Made by a program: the position numbers and the translations under genes. DNA of 64,000 bases from Camelus dromedarius (taxonomy: Eukaryota): positions 49,974,001 to 50,038,000 of the forward strand of contig NC_087447.1 of NCBI RefSeq assembly GCF_036321535.1. The letters are read 5' to 3'. Under the pieces are notes generated by a model, which worked only from the letters and a program-made list of their open reading frames with translations, had not been told where the DNA came from and did no database searches. Shown here in pieces: positions 50,651 through 64,000 of the stretch. Numbering within the stretch: position 1 is the stretch's first letter; every line of letters starts with the position of its first letter.

Positions 50651-51880
50651 TAGTATATGCAGATTATGTGTCAATTTCTTATTTTAGTTCTGTATGTTGA
50701 AAATGAAAAAGGTGACATTTTAGAGTTGTTTTTAAGAGGTTCTAGCCTTGACTTTGTCCCTTAGCAGCCTGAGACCTTGGGCAGGACACTTGCCTGACTG
50801 AGTCTTAGTGTCTTCATGTATGAAAGGATGGAGGTTGGAAGAGATGATCTCTGTGATCTCTTTAAGCTGTAATATCCGAAGATTCTTTTATAAAATTAAT
50901 AATGCTTTGCAGCAAATGAGGAGTTAAGACCTGGGTGGAGGCTTGAAATTCCCGCATTTTCTTTTCTTAGTTGAAATCAGACTTAGAAATTTTCATTGTG
51001 GTCTCTGAAAAGAATTCAACACCCACCTTCCATTGTTCCACTGTGGAGCCTGGGGCAGGCAATTGACTATGTACTGGCTCCGGGACACATAGCTTAGTGT
51101 TATTTTAGTATGGGGTGGGTTTTTTTGAGGGGGGAATATTTAATATTTTTCAGTATGAATCACAGGTGAAATTTCTGTGCCATGTGTAAACAATTTCACT
51201 TTTTTATTGAAACAATGAATTCAGGAATGTCATATTGGGATGTCAGCCATTTTGCTTTTATCAATGTATGGAAAAAATGCTTTTATATTAATATAAGAAG
51301 TGATGTCATTTAATATGGAGGAGATCTTATAATTCAAGGTCAGCAAATCTCAGGAGGTGATTTAGGTCACCAAGCTAGCTTTGGAAAAGGAAAAAAATAT
51401 TTTCCCTTTGTCTTCTCAAGTTGTTTCTTTAAAACCAATTTTTTCCTCAGACTTTGGGGTAGCTGATGGAGTAGCATGGTTGTGAAAAGGAGGCTCCGGC
51501 TAATAATATCTTTGCCATTGAAACATGTGGCGCTGGAGAATTTCCTTCCCCTTTTTGGGCTTCAGTTTTCCCATCTGCTCAAGGAAAGGATTGGCTTAAA
51601 TAATATTCAAGATACATTTTAGCTTTAACATTCTATGTTTCTCCCTCCTTACTTTATGTGTGTATTCAGACCATTCAAGGGAACTGATTAGGTTTTGGGG
51701 TTTTCCTTAAAAGTTCAATGTAGTGAGAGTGAACTCTTTCTCTGTTAAAATGCCGTTCACTCACACAAGTGAAAAATCAATTGAGTACTTGATACAAATA
51801 AAAGAGGACTTCCTTTGTTTTGTTGGTAGTGGTTTTATTTTTTTAAATAAGGAAAGTATTTAAAAGTTTAACTTCGCTGC

Positions 51881-51914
51881 ATTTAGGTGCTGGAAAAATT
51901 TAGGTGCTGGAAAA
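51881..51914. repeat. Perfect 17-bp tandem duplication
   Basis: atttaggtgctggaaaa occurs twice in tandem. Confidence 0.9.
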
Positions 51915-52776
51915 TAAAACTTCAAGACTGATGACCCTTCACATTTGTACCCAGTGTGCAATTTACAAAGTACTTTCTTCATATATATTATGTCACATGA
52001 AAAATACAAGGCTGTGTCATACACTTCCTGTGCAGTGTATGTGTGAGAGTGTGGATGAACATGCACGTCTGCTCACCTCCCATCTCTATTATAGTTGGTT
52101 AAGCAGATGGTATTCAGAGACAAAGTGAGAGGAAGCAAGAACAGACAGATGAAAACCATTTAGCAAGTTACTCAAGGCACATAGACAAACACGAATCTGA
52201 GAAAATCAACCTTTAGCAGAAATAAATAAAACTAAGAACAGATCTTGCCAGCAGGCCATTGTTTCCTCATGCTAGCTCTACAGCTCTGTGCTCTGGTTCT
52301 GGACAAAGAGGAAAGTCAGATACACAAGAAAAATAATGTAAAGCACAGCCTCTGTCTAAAGTGGCTTGCCCTTTATTTGTGTAATAAGCGTCGACTGAGC
52401 ACTAGCACTGTGTCAGACACACTTGGGCATCAGTGATGGATACAACACGACCCTTACTCCTGATTGTACAAAGGCTCAGTGAAAGAAGGGCTGAATGTGC
52501 TCAGAGTGCGTACTACCAGCCTTTAGTATCTAAAATGAACCCCTGGTTTTTCGGTATATATACCTGGAGTTGATGTTAGCAAACCCTACTAGGGTGTGTG
52601 AAATATCCTAATCCCTGACTTGGTCATTCTTAGTCTTCTCCAACCATGGGGGCAAGGGAACAGGAAACGAGGAGCCTGCCTTTAAACACCATCTGAAGGG
52701 TGTGGGTGGTGATGTTGGCATCGCACATTCACATCTCCTCTTTCAGAGTTTAAAAGAAAAAATAAAAAATGTTTAA

Positions 52777-52941
<165 letters not shown>

Positions 52942-55129
52942 TGAGTACTTTTATCTCTGATACCCTGAAACTGTAATGTGGATAATAAAGCTAGGAAACT
53001 CTCCTGACTTCCACATTGCTCTACACCTGCCTTCTGGGTTTTCTTCTATAAGAAGGTATCTGAAGAAAAGGAAAGGCAGCCATCCTGCTTGTGTAGGTCT
53101 CAGCTCCAGTCTGGCTAAGAGGGTGAAGCCCTCATGGAATAGGGGAGGTCCCAAGGGGTCATGTTTGATCATCAGAAGTTTGTCTGGGCAGGAAATCCTG
53201 GAGTGCATCGCTGAGGCAGAGACTGGAGGACAACTATGTGCTTCATAAAAGGGAGACATGGAGCCCCCAGGGATTTTCCAGAAAACAGGCAAAGGACAGA
53301 GTGAGATCAGGATCAGTGGCGGTGAGAGCTAAGGGAAGAAAGCTGACAAGGAATAGGTCAGGCCATCAGGACCTAGTCTGAGACCAGGAGACACATACTA
53401 GAATGTTTCTCATATTTGATGTCAGTGCCCGTTGTACCAAGAAGGGAAGCTGCTGCATAAAAGCGCTTTGTCAGGATGGACATGACCCTTTTCAACAAAG
53501 AGGGGGAGGGAAAGTCTGATGCAAAGAAGACATGAGATGATTCACTTAACTTAAATAAACAAAGTGTTGGCTCTAGTTATTTAGTTAATTCGAATCCTTG
53601 GATGATGGGCAGTAACTTAACAAAATCATGTGAACTCAAATCAGGCTTTTAGAGTTAGACAACTGGGGAATAGCACGGTTTCTTCTAAAGAGCACTGGCT
53701 TCTGATCCCAGATCTTTCGTTAATTCACTCTGTGAATTCAAAAACCTACCTCTCTGAAACGTCATTTCCTCATCTATAATCCCTGCCCTGCTCATCGCAC
53801 CAGTGTGTGATGAGGATGAAATGAGATGCTAGGTGGAAAAATCATCTGTGGGAAGGAAGGTACCAGAACAGTTTCATTTTCTTCTTTGGCATAAAGGATA
53901 CGCCTTGAGGATAATAAGAAAACGACATCTCTGATTTACCTGTACTGCGACGTTTTTGATTTTTGTCTCACAGAATCTTCAGAATGCAGATTCTAGGTGT
54001 CTGATTTCAGGTAGGACCCCTGTTAGGCAAAAATACACAATCGTCTAAAGAATTCTGCTCAGAATATCAAAATAATTACAAAAAACTTAGTGTAGATATG
54101 GACATGTATACCCTGAGAAATAAGGGCAAGGAATTGAATTTTAATGTAAAATAATTGCTATAATAATAATAATAATAATAAAAACTAGCAGACATGTATT
54201 TATTTAACATTGTCTGTGTAAAGCTCTTGATAGGCACTCTGGAGAGTAACTAACAAGAAGTTTAAGGCTCAAGCCCTGCCTTCAAGGGATTTGTGATCTA
54301 GTTGGAAACAAGGTATATATAGTTCATGAAAGATTTCATAACCCAAATGGTAAGTAACCTAAAATCAAAAAAAGAGGCAACTCGCAACACTACCTGATCG
54401 ATCAGCTAAGTAAATTTTGCTCAGTACAGACAGCAAGTTGTCCCAGGATCACTTATGGAAGAATCTTATCTTTTGTCACTGATAACACCATCCCTTTCAT
54501 ATCTCAAGTTCAGTTACATACACGCATCTGTTTCCAGGCTCCCTATTCTGCTTCAGTGCCTTATCTGTCTAGATTGGCTAGTACCACATTTTTAATTAAT
54601 AGGAGATGTAATTTCTCTAAGTCCTGTTGAGGTTTGAGCATCCGTCTTCCCCCGACATGTGGAACTATTTGAGAGGGGAGGTACAAGAGACAGACTAATA
54701 GAAATCAAAATGTCAGTTTTATTACTGATAAAGCCACTTGGAAAATGCAGCTTTAGATCTATAATAAAAAGGGCTTGCAAAGACATCATTCAAAATTAAA
54801 CTTCCTCTTGCAATCATAATGTGAACTGGAGAAACCCAGGCTCTCCCCACAGAGGCAGACCCTGAGCTCTGCTACAGAGAGCCGTCAGGTGACTCCTGCA
54901 GGAACCCAGATGGGGCTAAGCCAAGAATACGCAGATTTTATTTTTCCCTCTAAATTCGCCTATCAGAAAAGGCCCTCCTCCTCTAAGAACCAGTGAGTGG
55001 GAGGATGGAGAGAGGCCAGGAGTGTTACTCCTAAATCACGTTCCTTCATAGCAAAGGAGTATGAAGATTTCCCCAGCTTTCTCGGTATCTGGTAGGGTGA
55101 GACGCTTTCTTACGGTTCTTCTTCAAAAC

Positions 55130-56220
55130 TCTTGGCTTTTCTTAACTCATGAATTGTATTTGATTTGACCACTTTATGATACTGAGTCTTCCTAACTATG
55201 AACTGGTATCTTTTTATATGTTTTCTTCTGTTTGTTAAATATACTTCAGTGAAGTTTTAAAATTTTCTTTGTAAAGATCTCACATCTTTGATTAGATACT
55301 TAATCCTAGGTAGCTTCCCATTCTGGTTGCTGTTATAAGTGTTTTATTACAACATCCAACTTGTTTGTGGCTCTACAGGAACACCACTGATTTTTGTATT
55401 TTGAGAATATATCCAGCAACCTTGCCAGCATTAATTATAATGGTTAATCTTAGATTCTCTTGGACTTTATGTGTATATGGTCATATTTTTTTAGTGAATG
55501 ATGGTGTTGTTTCTTCCTATTTTTACAACTTTTATTACTTTTTCTTGTCTTGGTGTTTTATTATGGAAGAAGAGCAGCAATAGTGGATTTCCTTGTCTTA
55601 TTTCTGACTTTAAAAAGAAGGCTTCTTTTCACCACTAAATATTATATTTATTGCAGGTTTGGGTAGATATTCTTTATTAGCGAAAGGAAGTTTCTTTTTA
55701 TTCCCAGCTCACTAAGAGTTTTTTTTTTTAAATCATGAATGTATTTTGAGTTTTATAAAATACTTATTACGAATCTATTGAGATAATACTATATTCTTCT
55801 TTACTGTGTTAATAGCTATTAATACATTGTCTGATGTTAAACCATCTTTGCCTCCTGGGATATACTCTACCTGGTCGTGATGTATTATTTTTTCACATAT
55901 TGTTGGATTCAATTTGCTAATATTTTTAGAATATCTACCTTTATGAACTGAGATGAGGCTAGCCTATAATTTTTCTTTCTCATGTATTAATCATTGTCTG
56001 GTTTTGGTAGCAAGGTTATAACAGCTTCATGAAATATATTGAGGCTCTTTCCCTTCTTTTCTGTTCTCTGGAACAGTTTATGGAAGATAAGAATGATCTG
56101 TATCTGCGTCTTGAAGGTCTGAAAAGCCTAGTGTTTTTCATTTGTTAAGGAGGGAAGTATAGCTTTTTAACACCTGATTAAATTTTTATGGTGATTATAA
56201 GTCTATTTATGTCCTCTTTT
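55130..56220 (-). mobile_element. Ancient L1 ORF2 fragment
   Basis: actgatttttgtattttgagaatatatccagcaaccttgc...ttgttggattcaatttgctaatattttt...tctggttttggtagcaaggttata. Confidence 0.75.
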
Positions 56221-56234
56221 TCCAGTTTCTCATT

Positions 56235-57245
56235 AACTCACCCCAATCTGATTTCCAGTTCTATCAGTATACTGAAATGCCTCTTATCTGGGTAGGTACC
56301 AACCAAGCTCTGTGTTTCCAAACCCAAAGGTCACTTTTCATTCCTTATCCTAGTCTGTAGTTAGTGGCCTTTGGCCTTGCTGGCCATTCCTATCTTCTTC
56401 AGACATTCTCTTTTCTCGGCTTCCACGGTACTACCCTCGCCTGGTCTTCCTCCTTTTAGCTGCTCTTTTTCTGTTTTTCATGTCCCCCCCTCCTTTACTT
56501 GATCATTAAATACGGAGTTCACGGTCCCATCTGAAGTCGTCTTCTTTCTCTCTCTCTGCTTTTTTCCCATGTGACCTCATTCACTGCCCCTGTTTTGAAA
56601 ACCATATATGTGCTTATGACTCCTCAAGTTAGACTTTCAGCGTAGACCTCTCCTGTGAGCTCTGTACAGCCAGAGACCTACTTGACAGCTCCCCTTGGAG
56701 TCACACAGGCACCTCGGCCTTAGCGTATCTAAAACTGTCCTTCCGCCAGGCTGTTTCGGCTCAGCGCGTGACACCCCATCTGTCCAGTCCCTCAACCAGG
56801 GGATCATCCTTGATTTCCTTCTTTCCTTCACTTCAACCAGATCCAGCCTAGTTCATCAGCAAACTGTGTCATCTCTACCTGCAGAGAACATATAAGATCT
56901 GGCCGCTTCCCACCGTCTGTACTGCTCCCACCCCAGTCCAGCCACCGCCTTCTCTTAACCCAGACACTGCACCAGTCCAGTTTGTCTCCTTGATTTCACC
57001 TTGCCCCACCTATGTTCATTCTCTGCAGTAGCCAGAGTGATCTTTTAAAATTTTAGCTGTATCTTAATCACTCCCTGGCTTCAGTGGCTAGAATAAAATC
57101 CAAGCTCTTTTCTGTGGTCTGCCTAGACCCCGCCACTGCCCCGCCCTCATGTATGGTCGGTATCCTGGCCTTCTGTTTAGCGTGAACATGTTCTTCCCTG
57201 AGTCATCACACTCACTGTCCCTCTGTCTAGAATGTGCTCTCCCTC
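56235..57245 (+). mobile_element. L2 LINE fragment
   Basis: ggcttccacggtactaccctcgcctggtcttcctcc...gccagagtgatcttttaaaa...gaataaaatccaagctc. Confidence 0.75.
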
Positions 57246-57365
57246 TTCCTTCTCTCCTACCACCCTCCTCCCCACCCCATCATATAGAGGGAACAGTTTT
57301 AGAAAAGGCACAGTGGCTTCACTGACAAAGAAGAGACCACCTTGGCTAGAATGAAGATTCATTTC

Positions 57366-57650
57366 AGGAACAGAGAGAATCTGGATTTTGTGGTACTTAG
57401 AGCTTATACAATTTGGGAACCCTTTTAAAGAAAAAGAATACAAAACCGCAAATACAAAATGGGGTGGGGGGAGTAAATATTTAAAATAAGAAACAAAATC
57501 ACAGCAAATTACTGGAACTTTAGAGATTAGATCCCTTTCTTCTGAGACCCCTTTAGACAATTTACCCAAAATGCCTATATAGAGATGCTTCCTCATTGCA
57601 GCCTGACTGTCCTTCCCCTCCTAAACACTGTCATTTCCAACAACTCTCAT
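57366..57650 (+). mobile_element. MER45-like hAT-Tip100 fragment
   Basis: atctggattttgtggtacttagagcttatacaatttgggaacccttttaaagaaaaagaatacaaaac. Confidence 0.55.
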
Positions 57651-60049
57651 TTCTAAGGTACAGATAAATTAAATGCCTTTCCAAGCATGCTTGACCCATG
57701 AACCTGTGGCAGTAAAACTGGAATCTAGGTCTCCTGGTACTGACGTAGTAAACCCATTAAGGCCCAGGCTCACACGTCTGTGTCAGGCCCCCCGTGCCAG
57801 CTGTGCGAGCGCATGAACCCTGCATGAATAGTGGGTCCCGCTTTATGGTGCTGTAATGAAAAATGGGCTACTAAGAGAGATGCAAAGTACTACAAAATGC
57901 ACACTGCATCACGATCCAAGTAAAGGCCACTGTGGGAAGCCAGGCTGAAGGTTACAAATCTAAACAAAGCTGGAACAAACACTTGTAGCCTCAGAGGAAA
58001 TCTGAGAATTTCCAAGAGCAGCCATGGACTGAGGAATTACCTCCCAAGCCTGTGCTCCGTAGGGCAAAGGGTAGAAAAACTCCCATTCCTAAGGGAGACT
58101 CTCACATCTTTTGTAAAAGAAAACACGTCCATTTTCTGTTGGTTGTAACCATTCACAGATTGGTCCCTGTGGAAGCAGATTGCTGTATGTTCTTTTGGAG
58201 TCGAGGATTTCAGACTGACTGGGGATCAGTGCAGTCACTGAGTTCCTCCTCATGGTGAGCTTCAGAGTTACGTGACAGCTTGTTTTGTTTTGTTTTTTAA
58301 AGAAAAGACAGTGTGATTAAAGTTCTTTTCATGAAGTGATTTTTTTTCTTTCACATTACAGAATTCTTATCTAATATCAAAAACATCTACTTGATCAATC
58401 CTAAAACTATCCCTCTTCCTCATGAACACTGTTACCTGGGGCACAGTCCTCAGGGATTTATGCCAGCCCTTTCCAAAAGAAGAATCCACTTTCTCATACT
58501 CAGATCACTGATCTCATTGTAACTGCCAAGAAACACAATTTTGAAAAGCAGGATTTCAGTTCAGAGGTTGTACCCTTGAATATTTTGGTTAACAGCCACC
58601 AGCATGCCACTTAAACATCCCATTTTTCTTTCTTTTACTGCTAAGTACAAAGTGGTCCAAGATTCAGATTGACGCGCTCACGCACAGCTGATGCTCATGC
58701 TGAATTACGGTCAGGGAGGAATGTACGTGCAAGCCGCTGCTTGACGGCTGCCAGTGAGACGATGAGTTTAGAACTGAATTGAAGAGATTATGTGCTGTGG
58801 TTGCTGTGAACAGGCTGTGCTGGGGAGTCCCAGCATCCAGGTCCTGGGACAGGGCCTCAATTATGTCTCCACCGCCCTCTCTCCCTTCTAAACTCACCCC
58901 CAGACATGCCGTGCTCATTTCTAACCTCAGTTCTTTTCTTAGACAAGTTCCCACCACCTGGAGTTGCCTGCTTTTACCTCTGTCCTCTCCAAATGTTGCC
59001 CTCACTTCAAGGTCCAGCTCACGTTCTACCTCATTCATTCACTCACTCAGCAGGCACAGAGGCAGGTGCAGAGATAAATACGTAGCTCCCTCAGTAGCTT
59101 AAGTTCACTTCTTCCACCAAGTCATACCCACTAGGCTTTGGAGCAGCCTGAGGCTGGGGGCTGCATCCTGCTTATCCTGTGGTCCCAGCCTGGCCCTGGG
59201 GAAGGAGGTAAGGGATGAGCATGTAAGCAAATGAACAAGTCCTTTCCTGTTCTGCTTGTGGAATGTGCTCCTTGAACTTGCATTCAAGGAGCTTATAGTC
59301 TCATTGAGGACATGACATAGGAACAAACAATGTATAATCGACAACAGAAAAGTATGCAATACTATAAGAAAGGTAGACAAGTTATTTGGAACATTCAGAG
59401 GATGTCATTTGCTTCCTGGTGTGGGGGATGTGGGTGAGAACTGGACAAGCCTTCACTAAGGAGATGGCATTTGAGTGGACCTGGAACACAAGAAAGATTT
59501 GAGCATTTGAAGAGTGGGGTATAGGCCAGAGTAGTTTAAGGAAACAGTTGCCCTGTTGTAAAGAGCATGTAAAGACTGTAGGTTTGGATACCAACTTTAC
59601 TACATACTGTCCTCTGCGACCAGGCAAGTTTAAGCTGTCAGCTTAAATTTATCTGTTAAATGAATCACAGTTAATATGTCTATTTGAAAAATTAAATCCA
59701 TTCTTTATTATAATTATCTATTATTATAGGTGTTTTGTTTCTCCTTGAAAATCTACAGTCATCTCCTTACAAATATGTATAGGATATGATTCTTGGTCAC
59801 ATGTTCTAATAATGGCTCACTCTGCCTTGTACATTAGTGGTACAAAATAGTCACCATCTCCCTTGAACTTTCCCTAAGTCCTTCATATGACCCTTCTGGA
59901 GCCTTAGAGATAAGTGCTCTACAAATCTGTTTTTCTACATGCTTTGTTTGGTACCTACCTTCTTAGGTAACTCTCACCTGTAGTTAGAAGTTATGAAAAA
60001 TAAAAGTCTCTTATCTGCAAAATTTTCCATGTTTTTATTTAAGCTTATA

Positions 60050-60230
60050 ACAACATGTCAGGGAGAAGGACAAGGATGATGTTCACTACTTTACAGATCA
60101 GAAAACCGAGACTGAGAAATAGGAAGTGACTTGCCAGGGTCACATGATAATAAATGATGGAACTGGGACCAGAAACTCAGACTGTCTGACTGTCAGCTCT
60201 GGGTTCTTTTTATCGTACCGCTCTGCCCCT
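60050..60230 (-). mobile_element. MIR SINE
   Basis: tttacagatcagaaaaccgagactgagaaataggaagtgacttgccagggtcaca. Confidence 0.75.
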
Positions 60231-62610
60231 TGTTAGTTAGTGGTCATTTTTTTCCTTCTCTGCCCTTCCCTAACCCTCCTGTCTCTCTGCCACTGAATTC
60301 CTAACACCTATTACCTTCCCCAGGGAAATCTACCAAAGTCAAATCCGGAGTACTAGAAAAATACACTGCAAAATTAGGTCAGGCAGTTCTGGTGAAAACA
60401 TTCTTTGTTGCTTATTTTACCCCATTTACCTCAGAAAGGTAGGAAACTAAGAGTCATAAAACTTTGTGAAGAATTTAAGAACTTTAAGACCAAAAGAAAC
60501 AAAAATGATTATATGTTTCAACTTCACTGGTTAAGAAACAAGAAAACTAAGGGAAGCACATGGGTTGGCTTTAAACATATGTTTGTCTATAGTGTTTGTC
60601 TTCCTTGAATTTCATGTTCTTTTTTCAGAATAAGACATGATAAAAGCAGGATTTCAAAACCATCTGTCCTGCTTTATACATGGAATTTTTTACTCTTAAG
60701 TTTAATTTTTACTAACTATAAAGCTTCACAATGCAGTGGAAGGAACACTGGATTTGGGAATCAGAAAATCTAGGCTCCAACTTCAGCGCTGTCATTTAAT
60801 TTTCATAAATTGGTTTTGAGTATCAGTTTTTTAAAAGGAGTTAATAGCACTAGCCCTCTTTCTCAAGCATAGTTTTGTATGGAGCAAATGAGATAATGTC
60901 TGTCCAAGTGGTTTATAAACTAAAAAGGACTATACAAAATATTATTAAGTATTATTCATGCATTTAACAGTTGATTGTCTCCTCGGCATATAGCGCTATG
61001 CAGGAGACGAAAGAAAATTCAAAAGTGTAAGATTTGCCCTGCCTTTGCCTAGTTGACAGTTGTTTAGTTTATAATCTAAATGAGTAGATAAGACAAATTA
61101 AATATTTTGAAGAACATGACCTGCAAAAATATTCTTATGCATTGTTCAGTCTCGCTGTCATGTGGGACTTAGAGCCTGAAACCCGCGTCAGGGACAGTCT
61201 GTTAACAGTGGTGGAGCACAGCCTTGGACCGACTTACCTGATGTTTTAGGACTGGGTGTGCTTGCTGTTTTTATAGAGACTGCATCAATTTCGGTGACCT
61301 TTGTGAGGACAGAACACTGAGGAGAAGTATCCTGGGCTATTCTGCAGCTTGCTGGAATATTTCTCCTGCTTCCTTCCAGTGTTTAATGATGTGACTTTGG
61401 GAGAAGCAACTAGTGGCTTTATGCAAGGGCATATCACTTTGGTGGTAAAATTGCTAGATAGTTTTTCTGCTGGTCTATTTCTGATCTAGTTCTCTATTCC
61501 TTTTTATAAATAGGATCAAGCTGGACTGCTTTTTTTGAATGAATGAATGAATGAATGAACAAGAAAGAAAGTAGCTAAGAACTTTGACACATTTTTAAGA
61601 AAATAGATTTTTTTCAGCAAATTAAGAATAATGAAAATCCTAGAGCAAGTGAGCCCATCTTTCTTTAAAATCAGAGGCTAATAATATGATAGTTTAGCTT
61701 TTAAGCCAAACCATTCATCTGTGAAAAAGAGGCACTATCCAGCGTTAACCTTTTTTTTAAAGCCACACTTTTTAAAAGCAAATCTATTTCCTTTCCTACC
61801 CTCCATCATTTGCTCATGCTGAATTCAGAACAAGTTTCTGGCAGGTGACCCCTGAGGGACTTAAAAACCGTGTTGTCTAGCTGACGTTGGTTTTTAAATT
61901 TAGATCGAACGACATTGTCTTTGAAGTCTCAAGAGTACCACTTAAGGTAGCTGTATCAGATGGGCTTGCCTTGCAGAGTACTTCTTGCAGGCTGGCATCC
62001 TTATTCTGAAAAGTGAAGCCTGGTCAAAAATAAATGAAAAGGAAAGTTTTATGGGAGTTATTTACTCTAAGATAGCTATTTCAGAAGGAACCTTGACAAG
62101 TCATCTCGTTGCCTCTAGACAGGAACACACAAGGCATATGGGTATCTGTAGTGTTTTAAAAGACCTTGGGGGACCAGGCTTCTTCCATAACTCATTCCAG
62201 AGTTTAAACACCCTCGCTTCAGGAAATTCTTCCCTATATTTAACTTACAAGCCCCCTTCTGCGGTTAACACCCATTTCCGCTTTTTTCTGTCTCCAGTCA
62301 GGATGGAGAACAGCTGGCCAACATCCTTTGTGTGCTAACCCTCCATCAGTGAGAAGGTCACTTGGGTATCCCTAGGCTGCTTTTCTCAACCTCCAGCAAC
62401 CAAGTCTTTGAGCCAAACTGAGATCTTTTTCTATTTTTATTTGTGTCTTATTTCCTTCTATTCATTCCTTTTGATTATAAAATAATATATGCTCAATGAA
62501 GAAACATACAGAAGAGGGGGAAACAATAGCCCTATCATTCAGGGAGAGAAAGCACTGGTAAGTTAGTTTTCTACGTATGTCTTAATTAGTTGAGAGCGTA
62601 TCATCTATAC

Positions 62611-62910
62611 CAACACTGAAATATAGTCTGAATCACATATGTGTGCAGTAGAATTTTCTGGCAGCCACAATGAAAAAAATGTGAAGAGAAATAAGTAAAT
62701 TAGTTTTAATGGATATATTTGATTTAATTCCAATAAATGACTAACTTATCAACATGTAATCAATATTTTTAATATTAATAAAGCATTTTACATTCCTATT
62801 TTTATACTAAACCTTCTCAATCCAGTGTATATTTTATATTTAATAGCACATCTCAAATCCAGCTAGCCACGTTGCAGGTTCTCAGTATCCAAGCACAATC
62901 CATGCAGTTG
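62611..62910 (+). mobile_element. MER33-like hAT-Charlie element
   Basis: aattttctggcagccaca...tcaacatgtaatcaatat...tccagtgtatattttatatttaatagcacatctcaa...ctagccac. Confidence 0.7.
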
Positions 62911-64000
62911 TAGATACTGCTTTTTTGTATATCACCTCTTAAACCTTTTACCAGTGCCATTACAAACTTTTTTAGCATCATTTTAATGTCTGCGTAATGT
63001 TTCATCATTTAGATTTACTATGTCTTGAGAGTTTTGTTTTTCATGTTATAAGTAAACCTGCAGTGTTCTTTTTTTACTTTTTTTTTACATTAGCAGAATG
63101 TTTCTCAATACATTGCCAAAAGAAAAAAATATAAATTATTCCTTTGAGATACAACTGATTAAATCTACCTATTCATAGAACAAATATATTCACTTAGTAT
63201 GTACTGTGTGCTCAGTACTGCATTAGATTGGGAAGTGGAGGGATGGATTTCAAGAAATAGAAGACCAAGTCCCTCTCATATGTTCTTTACAAGACTTGCT
63301 CCTTAGTTGGACTGCACACATATTGTACTTTATTCTGCCTTAAATATCCTTCCTTTCATTTCTTACTCCCTGTGCTCCACAACCCCCGCCCTCCGCCCAC
63401 CTCTCCCCCCTGCCGCCACATACACACACCACACAGCCTGGTTGACTCCCTCTTATCCTTCAGGGCAACTATGATGAGTCCTCTAGATGACTGCCGGCTC
63501 CCTCCTCCAATATAATATACAAAATGTGTATTGTGTACAAAGCACCTTGGGGTTCTGGTTGTTGGCTAGCTCTCTGTCTTCTCTACTGGAGCAGAAACTC
63601 CTTATTGATAGAAACCTTATTTTATAAGCATCTTTATTCCCAGTGCTTAGCAGACGGCCAGGTGGTGAATGTGGATTTCGATAATGTCTCCTGAAATGTG
63701 TGTTGAAGTACAAATGATCATATTAAGCATCAGTTGGTTGGTATGATCACAAGTACTGTTCAAAGAGTTCAGAGTTCGAAGAGATCACTTTCGGTTGGCA
63801 TGATTGAAGAAAGCTTTAATGAAGGAGGTAGGACTTGAACTGAGCTTTGGAAGATAGCCTACTTAAATGAATGGAAGGAGGGAATTAACAGAATTATATA
63901 TCCTGTAGTAAGAAGGCAGTGTTTTTCAGGAAGGATTCTTTAGCATGTGCTCTGTCAGCAGAGAAGTATCCTTCTAGATCTAAAACACTGTACTAAGTTT

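Noticed and set aside
54160..61560. (TAA)n at about 54160-54180 and (GAAT)n at about 61537-61559
   Set aside because: Ordinary short tandem repeats, probably tails of old elements.

Overview
Mammalian nuclear DNA, most likely a camelid (Camelus/Vicugna/Lama), judging from three Vic-1-like tRNA-Ala-derived SINEs. The window lies inside the autophagy gene UVRAG on the + strand. It contains two short internal coding exons: 11828-11906 (79 nt, [26 protein letters not shown]) and 52849-52940 (92 nt, [30 protein letters not shown]+TG). They splice in frame across a 40,942-nt GT-AG intron and probably correspond to human exons 13 and 14. The rest is intron, largely decayed interspersed repeats (L1, HAL1, L2, MIR, MaLR/ERVL LTRs, hAT and Tigger DNA transposons). 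Repeat subfamily names come from my recall of consensus sequences, and repeat boundaries are approximate unless a TSD is quoted. I found no convincing novel biological system. The best second-look items are: a 63-bp near-identical tract shared by two otherwise diverged L2 fragments; a perfect NRF2/NF-E2 ARE within an AP-1 cluster; an adjacent strong splice acceptor opening an in-frame 81-codon hydrophobic candidate alternative last exon; and a SINE that still folds into a tRNA-Ala cloverleaf.
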